Of a stretch of 64,000 nucleotides of DNA, positions 52,901 through 64,000 are shown piece after piece. The notes below the pieces were generated by a model. That model was not told where the DNA came from. It did no database searches and saw only the letters and a list, made by a program, of their open reading frames with translations. Location: positions 13,640,001 through 13,704,000 of the forward strand of contig OZ004613.1 in NCBI GenBank assembly GCA_963924565.1, read 5' to 3'. Source of the DNA: Ascidiella aspersa. Lineage: Eukaryota. The translations under genes were made by a program, and so were the position numbers. Numbering within the stretch: position 1 is the stretch's first letter; the number at the start of each line of letters is the position of its first letter.

Positions 52901-55900
52901 TATTCTTTTACAATTGTTACCGCGAGGAGCGATGTCAGTATATATAATTAGTTGTATTGTTTGGTGGTTCCGTGTTCTCGACAACTCATTTTTTTTCCAA
53001 ACGCTGATGTATTCTCTTGGAGGCCAAAATGTCAAAAAAAGCTCCGTAAAATCGATAAATGCTATTAAGATCAAGGCGATTCTGATAGACTATAACTTAA
53101 ATTTAGTAAAACAATTTGTAGGAATTTTTGATATCATAATCCGATATCCTAAACCATCTGTGATCTGCTCTTTAAAATATCTGTGTTCTGTTTAGGTTAA
53201 TTCAAAAATGCAATTTAAAAAAACAATTGAACTTGTTTGTAGCAGATACTAGACGAACGATAGAAAGATATTTTGATGCCAGCTGTGTAAAATTGTATTG
53301 TATCAAGTACAATTTGGCAGATTTGGTCGATACCAATCGTCCTTGAATAAACACAACAATTTAGAAGACACTGAAACTGTAAAGGTCCGGTCAAATATTT
53401 TTCAAGGCATTATTTAACGCGAAAAATTTGTCAATTTTGGGCAATTTATAGCTCACAAGCTCTATTTATAGCTCGGAAATATATAGGACCTATACCAACG
53501 TCTTATAACGGGGTAAAATGCGCATTTTATAGTTATACGAAAAATTCCGTTCTATACCTGGAAATACGCTTTAACCTTATGTAAACACCTATGTCTAAAA
53601 CGATGCGGACCACTTTCGGTCGAAAGACAGACCAAAAATACCGTTCCACGCAATTGGGTAGCTGCTACGTTATTCTATCGGGATCGCGTATCAGTTGCTT
53701 TGCGATACCATCGCACAGGATTATGTGCGCTCCTGGGACGAAAGGATTATATCTACCGGGGTTGATATCCAGCGCCCTAATATTGCCGCGTAAACAGAGT
53801 CGATCGAAGGTCGCTGCCAAAACCGCTCGTTCGCACAGCCAGTTACACAGACATGGTTTTAAGCACCAGGTCAAGCCTAGGAAAACCTTGTAGGCTTAAG
53901 GTTATACAATCATCATTAAGGCCCGTGTCCCATCATTAGAGCTCTACAAGTGCCATGCGCGGCTTTGGTATTGAGGTGTGAGCTACAAGAGTTTTCGCAG
54001 AATAGCGGCAATTTGCGGTGGCGTATCCTTTTAACTTCAGAGTTTAACAAATCAATTTTCGAGGTATCGCCATTGTTTGACGACCTACGTTAACACAAAA
54101 GACCAAACATGTCAAGTTTCAAAACGTTTCCTGCCATTTCGGTCCATTAACGGGCAAAATTGAGGCGGGTGCTAGTTGGGATTTGGAAACAAAGTCACTC
54201 GTGATGTAATTAGCGAATTACCCTAGAAAGCAAATCTAAATTCGTGACAGAATGTAACTGCTGGTAATTCGGTATGCAAATGACAGACATAATTGCCACA
54301 CAGGCTGTCGCGTTATTTTTAGTTCCGAAAACAAGCCCATCATGTCCGTAGTTCTGTGAACAGTGTGATGAATTTGATTTATGAAGGTCCTGCACTTGCA
54401 TTGCATATTACAGTTTCTCTGTCCCTGCTAATGTCTATATTTCTATTTATCAACAAATTGTTTATAACAAATCAACTTTAATACATTAGTAGAAATCGAC
54501 TGCTGTGTAACGGTTTACATAATAAACAATTTATTAAAGAGACATAAAAATCACGAAATTTAGGTAAACTCTTTTTTTAATCAAACGATAAATAAGTCAG
54601 CAACATATCGTTTACGAAATATATCACAGAATTTGTTATTGGACATTTTACAGATTTTACCTCTGTAACATTTTTGCCTAGTAACTTCAGAACAATCTAG
54701 TTTATTATTTTTTTTTTATTGAACAACTAAACATTTTAATGTTTCAAACAATATTATTTTTCCCGTTCGGGTATTTCAATGTTGCATGAATTTTACAGTA
54801 TCAGTCTAAATAAATTTCTCAATTGTCGGCCGGTCAGAGAGAAGGCAAAAACCCGGAAAACGTCGAATTTCATCCACACGTTTTCTGCCAAGAGCGCAGA
54901 CGGTCGTCAGTAGTTTATTAATACGTGAACTTTTGCACTTAACCGTCAGAGTTGGGACGAATGATCGCTCGATGAGTTTTCTCGACAGGCGGGGTCGTGA
55001 ACCGTCCAAGGCGGGGGATTAACTTCGCAATCAACGGCGCGAACCGAAAATAGAAAAAAATGGGAGCTAATTGTCTGGCTCTGCTACACAGCCTTAGTCG
55101 GTTCCACACCCGAAGTTCGGTAAACTTTAGCTGGGTCATCGTTTAGGGAGTACAGATGATTTGATTTTTGGTATGGTGCTTCGGAGTATGGAGAACGAAG
55201 CAATCGCGCTTTGGAAACGCAGCGGAGCTTATGTGGTATGTATAAGCCTGTCATCGGAAGACGGACTGCGGCGACGCCTCACACGAATGCAATCGATCAG
55301 CTCGGGCAAAAAGCGACGCGTCAAAACAGTCTCGCTTCGCGGTGTGAACGACCTTTCGCCAGCCGGGAGCCGGGTCGGGCCCGGGCCACATTGCGCCCGC
55401 GTCTGCCTCCTCTGAACGGGCTGTTTATTTACGCGGATGTTCTGAAAACCGTCCAGGCTCCAGTCTTGAAAAACGACCATGCTTTCTTTGGTTTTCTTTC
55501 ACTTTATAACAAGCTTTTGTGCGCCGCAGAAGATTTACGCTTTTCAGCCCACATTTTGTGCCAGTTAAGCACAGAGGGCTCCTTTCACGTGGCATGTAAG
55601 CCTGGTCTAACACTCTCAGAGACGTGCCGCGGTCACTTTCTTTCCAGTAAGATGGAGTAAGAACAACCTAAAGCGCTTGACATAGAGGTCATCTACCTCT
55701 TCGCGGAATCTCCCTTCTAGAGTTTCTATTCTTTGTAGAGTATTGTATTAAATTTTCATAATCGATGGTTCTACAGAGTTGATTTCATGTTAAAGGTTGT
55801 TTTACCAAGACCTGCATTCCCAATTTTAACTGGTAAAAATTTGTGATTACTGTGTAAATATCTATAGGTACCTCTATGCCCCCATTCTCTAACGCCTATG

Positions 55901-58649
55901 CTCCCATTCTGTAGCAAAAACATCAATCTTTTTTGTGGAAAATTCCGTGAAGGCACGAGGTGTACGCTTCCTCTAATCTCATTATTTTTTTAAAGATGCC
56001 AAGTTATCGTTATTTCTGTCGCTTGAAAGCCCGTTGGAGTAGTTCACCAGAGAAGACGCGATCTCTGCGGGAGAGCATTCCTTCGGCTTGGGACGTGGCC
56101 TTTGGCACGCGCCGTCTCGAAACAGCGGGGAAACCGATCGAAATGCGCAAAAAACTTGTGCTAAAAACCTCAGTCGACACCCGTGAACGCTGGTGGTGAA
56201 TTGGGAGAAGGCCACTGGCCATAGTTGCACGCGACACTTTCACTTCATATCGTGCGTGTGTTTTACAAGACTAAACCGCTGCCTGCTCATTCTGCTGACT
56301 GACGAAAGGCACTTGCCCGCCTGGTCGACCCGATAACCCGGCCGCCGCCAATGTTTTCCAACTTGGTTGGAATGCGACAAGATGGTGCTTGTGTACAACT
56401 CGCGCCCGCAACTGCGCAATCATCATGCCTCGAAGGGACGGGGATTTCTTCGGTCTCTGACTCGTTTTTTGTCAAAAGGCAGATAATAAAAAAACAACGA
56501 AAGCAACAACTGTTAGGATGACAATCAAGCGCCAATTATTACTCTATCATTTATTGCGGTATTGCGAACCAGGGTGGTCCAAAATGGAAAACATTGAGCG
56601 CCTGAGCTTGCGTGGCGTTCGCGGAACGAGTCCAGTTAAATGTGAAATTGATGCCACAAACACTTCAGTTTATTTGATGATATGACACGAATAAAAAATC
56701 GTTCGCCATAACCGAACATTTGAAATAAATTTGCTGTTTAATATACACTTTTTTTATTATTCACTCTAGTGGTAAATTGAATTCCTTTCGAACATTTGTT
56801 TAGACCACCCAAGTTCTAAACAATTAAATGAGATTGGATTAGGCCTATTTAATAATTCTTATCAGTGACACCTTAAGATAAACAAAATGATCAACAGACA
56901 AACGACTAAAATAGAGACACAATACCATCATATGTGTAGTTAAAAATTTAGAAAAGCTCATTTTTATAGAAGGAAAAAATCGCTCTGAAATATGCAGCGT
57001 CAAGTGCTAACAGTTATTCCGACTTGATCTCTTCCCTTGTATTAATCCAAATAGCGCACCCTACAAATATTCCTACGAGTGTCTCGTTGAATTGGATAAT
57101 CTAAAGGAATTCACTTAAGGAATTTGTACTAAGACCTGTGTAAATACCCATCATAGCACTCAAAACGTAACCCGCGGCGCCAATGGCCGAGAAAATACCA
57201 AGACGTATATATACGGCAAACGCGCTCAAAAAAACAAATTGACAGGGTAAATATGCGGCGACCGATAGGTTTCTATATAATCCTTATATGCTAATTGCAT
57301 GAACGCTATTCCTATCATCACCAGACACCGGGGGCTATCGCTGGTTGCATCTTCGACAGCAACGGAGGCAATACGCCACGTTTTGTCGTGTTTTACAGGC
57401 AAGTTCTTGTCGTAAACACCTGCTTGCAGGCGCGATGTTTCAAATCGCGTCTGAAAACAAGCGACGGTCGAAAGGGCAGTCTGCAACAACTGTAGCAAAC
57501 TTGACCGAACGCCAAAGTCAAGTCGCCACAACGTGTACAGCCGTATAGCCTTTTCTCAATCGCCCTGAAAGCTGCTTTTGCCAGATCGGCGAGTTCGTCG
57601 GTCGAGTGCCTTTCTTCTTTTCTCGTTCTCTTTCCTCTCTCGCCGGCTGGCCGCCGTTCGACGTTACATTTTTTGGGCCGGTCGTCTGAGCGCGTGTCTA
57701 TTGTCAGCGGCCCGGAGCGGTGCATCGCGCATTGGCAACTATTTAAGGCCGGTGCTGCAATGAGCCGTTGCCAGTGAGCGTGCGACTCCCGCGGGTATCG
57801 GGTGAACCTGACCGGGAAAACGGCAAGGTGCCCCATAATTAAAGTAGGCGCATTCAGTCAGGACCAGTGTTCGCCCGCAAACCTTTTGTACCTACAGGAA
57901 AAATACAATTTACATGTGTTGAGATTAGATATGCTGCCTTGTTTTAAAAAGCTGTGAATATTAGTAGAAGTCCACATCGTACGGCGAGGTCACGTAATTC
58001 AGGCACGCGATGTAACAAGCAACAAGGAAATTACCGAAAGGTGCCAGTTCCTTAACAGTGCAGAAGCGCCTGTTTGAGACACGGCTACCGCGTCCAATCG
58101 GATACGTATATATGGCGCCTTAATGAACAGACAGCCAGAAATCAAGCAAGTGCCGCTTTGAGTGTGCGCGCGTTCGTTTAAAAGAGAACGGGAGCAACCA
58201 CGTTTCGGAAATAGTCAAGATCGTAATTAGCGAGGCAATTCGAACGAGGATCGCACTGTAAACACGCGTACAGTCGGAAGGCAAGTTTGGTATTTCGGTA
58301 ACTTGGGGACGAGCCCTTACGTGCAATCGCTGAAAGACAGGAGCCAGATAGTGGTTTTCAAGACAAAATGCAGCTGCTTTTACTGGCGGGATGTTAAATC
58401 GTGCTCGCCCTCCAACCGTAAACTTCCGCGACACGCAGCCGCCTTTATAGCGAGCTGGTGCGGCGAAACCGTGCCGAGACGCAGCATAAACGGTTTGCTA
58501 AGCCGCATACCGGTGGCAAAGAGGTTGCTGTTTGCTGCACTCGTTAAAACCGCTTTACGGGAATCGCTGACGGCGCCCTGAGAGCTACCTCTCTGTCTTT
58601 CTCAACTGGGCTAGTCACCGCTGCAAAGCCGATCTGATTTGCCCTTTCG

Positions 58650-58681
58650 TTAATGCGCTGCCTTTGTGTTTGTCTGTGCAG
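58650..58681 (+). promoter_or_regulatory. Splice acceptor upstream of the TMEFF-like ATG (5' UTR cis-splice or SL trans-splice site)
   Basis: ttaat...cctttgtgtttgtctgtgcag|A, 105 nt before the ATG. Confidence 0.4.
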
Positions 58682-58786
58682 AAATAAGAGCCGTTGCTGA
58701 ATAGGCCGTTGTCGGAACGCTAAACGAGCTGATTAACCAACTAACTGACAAGCAGCAACAAGGCAACCAAAGATACAGAAAGCAAG

Positions 58787-58832
58787 ATGAACGCAAGATA
58801 CCAAGCAGCTGCGACCGCTACTATTCTAATCG
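58787..58832 (+). CDS. TMEFF-like exon 1 (signal peptide start MNARYQAAATATILI-G)
   Basis: ATG in context caagATG; donor ATCG|gtaagt. Joins GLVFLVHQTMA to complete a signal peptide. Confidence 0.85.
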
Positions 58833-61800
58833 GTAAGTACACCAGGGTCTAAAATTAGGCAGTGACGCCGTGCGTCTGTTGAAGGTATGTGCGTAATCTG
58901 AGAAGGCAACGGCCGTGACAGCGCGATAAGCGTTTTCGGCGGACTTCTGACCTTATAATTCACAAGTTCTTCCTCTTGAGCTCGTTGATGAGAAACGTAA
59001 CACGTGTAAGAACAATGCATACAGCTGAACAGGACGTGCCTTGCTGAATCACCAGCCTCGTCTGTATTGTCTTTTAAACGAAAAGTGTCCACACGTGTAC
59101 TTCACTGCCAAGTTCTTATGTATCTAGTCATAGTACGGCCATGGCACTATAATTTTTTGTGTGCCTAAGCTCTGCTCAGTCAACAAAGATCCGTGTTCTG
59201 TGAACCGCAAAACTCCAGGCGAAATATCTCCAATTTTAGACACCTTTATAGGCTAAAATCTTACAGAACCTAACTGTTTTACAGGCCTTGTATTTCTGGT
59301 CCACCAAACGATGGCGGCCAGGCCGTGCGACGAAAAAGGACAGTGCAAGTACGGCGGCTGGTGCGACAAGAATTCCAACACCTGCCTTTGCAGCTTCCGG
59401 TGCTCTAAAGAGCTCTGGGGAAACGAGTGGCACTGCACCACGGCGCAAAAGGTACGCAAACTTTCCAATATTTCTTGAACCGTCAAAACGCTGACTGTGC
59501 ACGTTGTTGTGTAAAATGTTGAAAAGGGTCTGAAGCGAATTAAGAATAAGGCCCCCGTTTTGACTTTCTATATATGCCATTATTGATGTCCTTCGAGGAC
59601 AGCAAATGGGAGTGCTCTGGAAACTGTTTGTAACACCGAAATCTGATGTGTGGTGTATATACGGCTTTCAGTCGATGCAAACCGTTTTATAAAAAAGCGA
59701 TCGTGTGCCTCGCAGTCGCAGGGCACTTTGTTAGATACCACCCAGCTCATTCATAATTCACCATAAGATATGGCTTGTGGTGTTTCTGTTATGTCCAAGA
59801 GTGCCGCTTTCGATTTTTCTTACGATTTTCGCGTTTCGCCTTGCAGAACGGCCGCAGGAAATACTTTGCCAACCTGTGTATGGTGCGCGCCCATGCGTGC
59901 GAGCGACAGGAAGAAGTGCCGATCATGAAAATCGACTTCACAGACTCGGAATCGAAAAAATGCCGAGGTAAGCGTTAAACCACCTTGTTAGACTTTTGAG
60001 AAAAGTTAACAAATTTTTATTGGTTATATTAGGATCTAAGCCTGTTCCAACACTTTCAGTTGTTGTTTTATCTTTTCTCCATATCGTAACTAAGACGTTG
60101 AAGGAAACACTATTTGTACGCCATATATTTACAAACTAACAACAAGTATATACTGTACATTCCTGAAGAGTTCCTGAAACATCTAGTGATATTTGATAAC
60201 GCAATGGAAAACCCAGCAATTTGTTTTGCGAAATACGTGTCAGGGTATTTTAAAACGTTTGGAAACTCGTAGTCAGACAAAATATTCCAAAAACACACTA
60301 GTCGGACAAAACACAAAGCTTTATTGCGTTTAGCAGAAGATTTTTATACTTGCGAATGTTCAAAGTTGTTCGGTTCTACAGGAAAAATAGTTTTTTCGTT
60401 TAGACGAATCGCAAGATTTAATTTTTTTGAGAAGTCATCCAAAATATAAAGAGCATTTAGAAAAGTGAAAGAATGTATAGAATATAGCGTCAGGGCGTCA
60501 TTTAAGAAACTACCTGTAGCTTCTATGGCGAAAATAGGTCAAACAAGCACATCTAAAGCTTGAGATTTTTCCAGGAATCAAAGAGGAGCCGATGAGACTT
60601 TGTCCTCAAGCTGAGGACTTCCACGGACGTTGCGGAAGCAGCAACGGCAGAGGAGGAAATACAAATGCCGGGATCTGCTTGCAAGATCGATCCACGTTCG
60701 CGACTAGCTGCCGGTAAGCAACTCTTTCCCCGACTTTTGAGAGTGTCTGCTGGCGCGTTACATTGTATATCTTACGGGTTGCAGAATATACAAAGCGCAG
60801 CGGTTGAAGGCTGTAGTTATTATAGACAGCGAATCAATTGTGTGACTTGCCTTTGTACAGCAAACTTCGGGGTCCGGTTGAGGCGAAGGCATATTAAAAT
60901 TCATTTAAAACGTTGACACAATGTTTCCTACTTCCGTATTGACTTTTTCCCCGCAATAGCCTGGGCACTTATTTTAGGAAAGTTTTTTTTTAATAAAACG
61001 TGTGTTTTTAAGACGTTTGTAAGAAACTAGGCGATTGCCGTGGACCTATCTTTGGATTTTTGTATCATTTTCTAAACTGTACGACGGTTTTAACCAAACA
61101 CTGCACCCAATCATGTTGTGTGCCGTTAAACCATAATAATTAATTTGTTGCCTAAAGCAGTTTAACATGTTAACCAGGTCGCAAAGCTTAGAAATTTATA
61201 AAATAAAATCGATAATTTCCTGAGATCGTTTTTCCTCATCACCTAAAAATTCATATAACGCCAAAAATTAACTCGCGCCATAATAATCACTCGTCGGACA
61301 GGACGCTTATGGAGGGTCAGACAAGTCTCTACGCTTAGAGAGGTCTCTGAGTCAGCTCCTAAACCACTACAAATGTCGGCAGTATGGTACACTGAGAGCA
61401 TATCGAGTTAAAAATTTGGAAGAATATCAAAGCGGCTTTGTCTGTACAAGTCGCTGCTGGGGGCAGCTATAAAACAACATGCCAGTATTTAAATCACGCA
61501 CCAAATAGCCTGTGTTTAACTTCTAGATAGCTACACCCGTGGTGTCCTGCTTAAATCATAGGTTGTTTCAAACGCCCACTGTCCTATACTATAGAAGATG
61601 ACTAAAGTAGTATTAGAATAGGGAATGCAAACCATTTTTCTAAAAACTAAAACTCGAAATAACAATTGACCTGATCAAGACAAACAAAACGGTGTTCATT
61701 TCTTTGCCATTTAATAGATAAAGTAACTCATACAGACCATAAATTATTACATGCATTTTAAACACTAAACTTAAATTCCGTTAAAATCCTTATTGGAATA

Positions 61801-62896
61801 CCGGCCTTAATCGACCTTCGGTTATCTGTACAGCTGTCCATCGGACACTTTCGGAGTGAACTGCGAACGCCGCAAGATTAGCGTTAGATCTGTGATCGGT
61901 GAAAATTCGTCGGGCGAGTTGGGATTGGAAGAGCGGGCGCCACGAGAGGAGGCCCAGGAAGCTTCCAGACAGACCCAGATTGCTGTCTTTGTGGCAACAG
62001 CCTGCCTGGCCGCCGTCATCTGCGTCGTTTTGTTTGTGCGCAGGTGGGTTGAAGTTAAAATTTATAATGTGAAACACGATGTCACCCATTATTCGGTTAA
62101 AGGTGTCGCTTTATACGAGAACCTTTCGAAACTTGTCAATCTGATGAACAAATTGGCGGCCGTTACCACCGACAAATTCATGTTAAAAATAGCAGTAAAA
62201 ACGTTGTTTCACTTCGTGTATTTATTTGCTACAAAGGTTGGCATCTAGTGAGAAATCAGCAAAGAAAAACAAAAAAGTTTTTGCTGTAATATTTTTTATG
62301 CGCTATTAGCTCTCTACGGGTTTGTCACCAAATTCACCAAATAACAAACTATTGCTCGAAAACGCAAGCCCGCCAATCATCCAAAAAAAGTTCTTACACA
62401 ATTTAAAACAATTTTTATCAATTAAGACGAATTGCACCACGTAAAAAGATACCTTGGCATTTTTTAAACCTTATCTTTCGGTGATTTACGGCCGGTTGAC
62501 ATTCTTGCTTTCTTAATCAGGCGCAAGGGCAACAAGCAGCATCCGCTCAGTGACGAAACAATCGACAACGAAATTCAAACCACAACAAGAATGGCGGCCA
62601 AGGCAAGAACTGTGCCTTATTCGGACTCGGCGGTTCGAGTGGAACCGGAAAAGGACTCTTCGCCAACTCAGCAGCGACGTCTGGCGGCCGAAATAAGGGA
62701 CGCCAAACCTGTGACGTCATCGATTAATTCGCGTTCGGACAATTACTTGCAGTTGCGGCGGTTCGAAATCGAGGAAGCGAATACAAACAATAACAACAAC
62801 ACAAGTTCCATTACGACGCCACAAGACGCCAGTTTTGTGTTTGTCGAAAGTAATCTCGAAAAGAAAAAACTTAGAAGGGGAGCTGTCAGTTCGTGA
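58787..62896 (+). CDS. Tomoregulin/TMEFF-like type I membrane protein (signal peptide, one follistatin FOLN+Kazal domain, EGF, TM, cytoplasmic tail), 352 aa; join(58787..58832,59285..59451,59847..59967,60575..60713,61834..62043,62521..62896)
   Basis: Six exons with GT-AG boundaries and matching phases (1,0,1,2,2) sum to 1059 nt with no internal stop. They encode a 10-Cys follistatin domain, a 6-Cys EGF domain split by an intron between Cys4 and Cys5, and a hydrophobic TM followed by RRK. Confidence 0.9.
59285..59451 (+). CDS. TMEFF-like exon 2 (end of signal peptide, FOLN part of follistatin domain)
   Basis: Acceptor ctaactgttttacag|GC; encodes LVFLVHQTMAARPCDEKGQCKYGGWCDKNSNTCLCSFRCSKELWGNEWHCTTAQK; donor AAG|gtacgc. 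Confidence 0.92.
59847..59967 (+). CDS. TMEFF-like exon 3 (Kazal part of follistatin domain)
   Basis: Acceptor ttcgccttgcag|AAC; encodes NGRRKYFANLCMVRAHACERQEEVPIMKIDFTDSESKKCR-G (Kazal-type N-x-C...AC..Q..C); donor GAG|gtaagc. Confidence 0.92.
60575..60713 (+). CDS. TMEFF-like exon 4 (EGF Cys1-Cys4)
   Basis: Acceptor tttttccag|GA; encodes IKEEPMRLCPQAEDFHGRCGSSNGRGGNTNAGICLQDRSTFATSC-R; donor CCG|gtaagc, phase 2. Confidence 0.9.
61834..62043 (+). CDS. TMEFF-like exon 5 (EGF Cys5-Cys6, stalk, TM)
   Basis: Acceptor tctgtacag|C; encodes CPSDTFGVNCERRK...IAVFVATACLAAVICVVLFVR-R; donor CAG|gtgggt. Confidence 0.92.
62521..62896 (+). CDS. TMEFF-like exon 6 (cytoplasmic tail, stop)
   Basis: Acceptor ttcttgctttcttaatcag|G; encodes RKGNKQHPLSDE... 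and runs in frame into ORF 62591..62896, ending at TGA. Confidence 0.88.
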
Positions 62897-62999
62897 TTTT
62901 ACCTTCAAAGCGCGCATTTCTTTTTTATCTTCAAAGTTCTTTTGTTTCCACGATTATTTCATGACTGTGCTTTCGCGCTTGCGTCTCTACCGTATACAC

Positions 63000-63012
63000 A
63001 TTTATTTATTTA
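63000..63012 (+). promoter_or_regulatory. AU-rich element (three overlapping AUUUA) in the TMEFF-like 3' UTR
   Basis: ATTTATTTATTTA ~100 nt after the stop, with further TTATTTATT at ~63032. Candidate AATAAA signals at ~63789 and ~63800. Confidence 0.45.
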
Positions 63013-64000
63013 AACAGTTCGTTCCTATTTTTTATTTATTTCGGTTATTGCAAGAGTTTATTATCGTTGTGCGACTTCAGCATTATATTTATTCTGGTGC
63101 TTTCTTCTGCTCGGACTGGGTTGCAATCCTATCCCCACTGCCAAGGCTATTTATTATCTGTGAAGAGCCTAAAGAACTTCATACGTACAGTGCAACTAAC
63201 CATGGATTCCGGTAAACGAATTATCCTTTCAGATATTAATTACATGGTTCTATTATTTAAAATATTCTCAAGTTTTGGCAGTTTTCTTTCCGGCTGATAA
63301 GACTACGACTAACTATTTTAGTCGAATACCTGCTTGGCGCCTTGAAACAACTTAAAATTTAACGAATTAACGTTTTAAAATAATGATTCTATACAAGCTT
63401 TTAACTAATAACTGTTCTGTCTACTGATTTTTTATAGTTTTGGTGCTTATTTGCCGTATCAGTGTTTTCGTTATTTTACGCGCTGAATAAGAAGTATTAA
63501 AATGGAAACACCGACTTCATTTTTAAAGAGAAACCATCTATAAGCACAATAACAGAGAAATGTGGACAATAGAGAGATAAATAATGTTCGCGTTTAACAT
63601 AGAAATGTAAAAACTACTTTGTAGAGCAACCCACGTATGGAGGGGTGGTCGGAATGCAATGGTACATGTAAAGATAGACACAAACTTAAACATATGTAAG
63701 GATAGACACAAACGGAAGCTCAGCACACATTTATGCTATAGGTTGAAATACAATGAGATTTTACGAAGATAACATATAGTTACGTTGAAATAAAACTATA
63801 ATAAAATGAAACCACACGCAGGACGCTAAAGTTTCAAAAGCTATTCAACCATCCAAATAATTCTGCTAAATTTGTATGCATCTGACCATAGAACAGTAAG
63901 ATAAACTACACCATAGCTAAGTATATCATAACTTCTATTTATAAATTATAACTGATGCATGCGGTCATATCTGATAAAGTGTATGGTCGACGAAATACCG

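Noticed and set aside
61856-62248. ORF-track 130-aa protein with a second hydrophobic C-terminal segment
   Set aside because: Only the part up to 62043 is exon; the remainder is intron read-through past the CAG|gtgggt donor.

Overview
Eukaryotic, intron-containing animal DNA. It is most consistent with a compact invertebrate-chordate (ascidian-like) genome; this is an inference from gene content, short GT-AG introns, no obvious CpG depletion and hAT/CACTA-type MITEs. There are no prokaryotic features and no CRISPR, rRNA or tRNA. Nearly all entries in the six-frame ORF track are spurious; the real genes have to be assembled from exons. Two cell-surface genes point away from each other across a ~44.7 kb interval. 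(1) Minus strand: the first two coding exons (14038-13676, 9960-9879) of a type II transmembrane collagen of the MACIT/COL13-23-25 type (TM, coiled coil, furin site RLKR, CTCPPG). The rest of this gene appears to lie beyond the left edge. (2) Plus strand: a complete 6-exon, 352-aa tomoregulin/TMEFF-like gene (58787-62896) with signal peptide, only ONE follistatin domain, an EGF domain with an unusual Gly/Asn-rich loop insertion, TM and cytoplasmic tail. The interval holds a 3.47-kb non-autonomous CACTA/EnSpm-type element with an apparently spliced non-coding internal unit, several hAT-type MITEs with 8-bp TSDs, a candidate 4-exon lncRNA/microprotein gene, a decayed reading frame, a (GA)n tract and local duplications. 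At larger scale, almost the whole window alternates between CpG-rich islands and AT-rich spacers about every kilobase.
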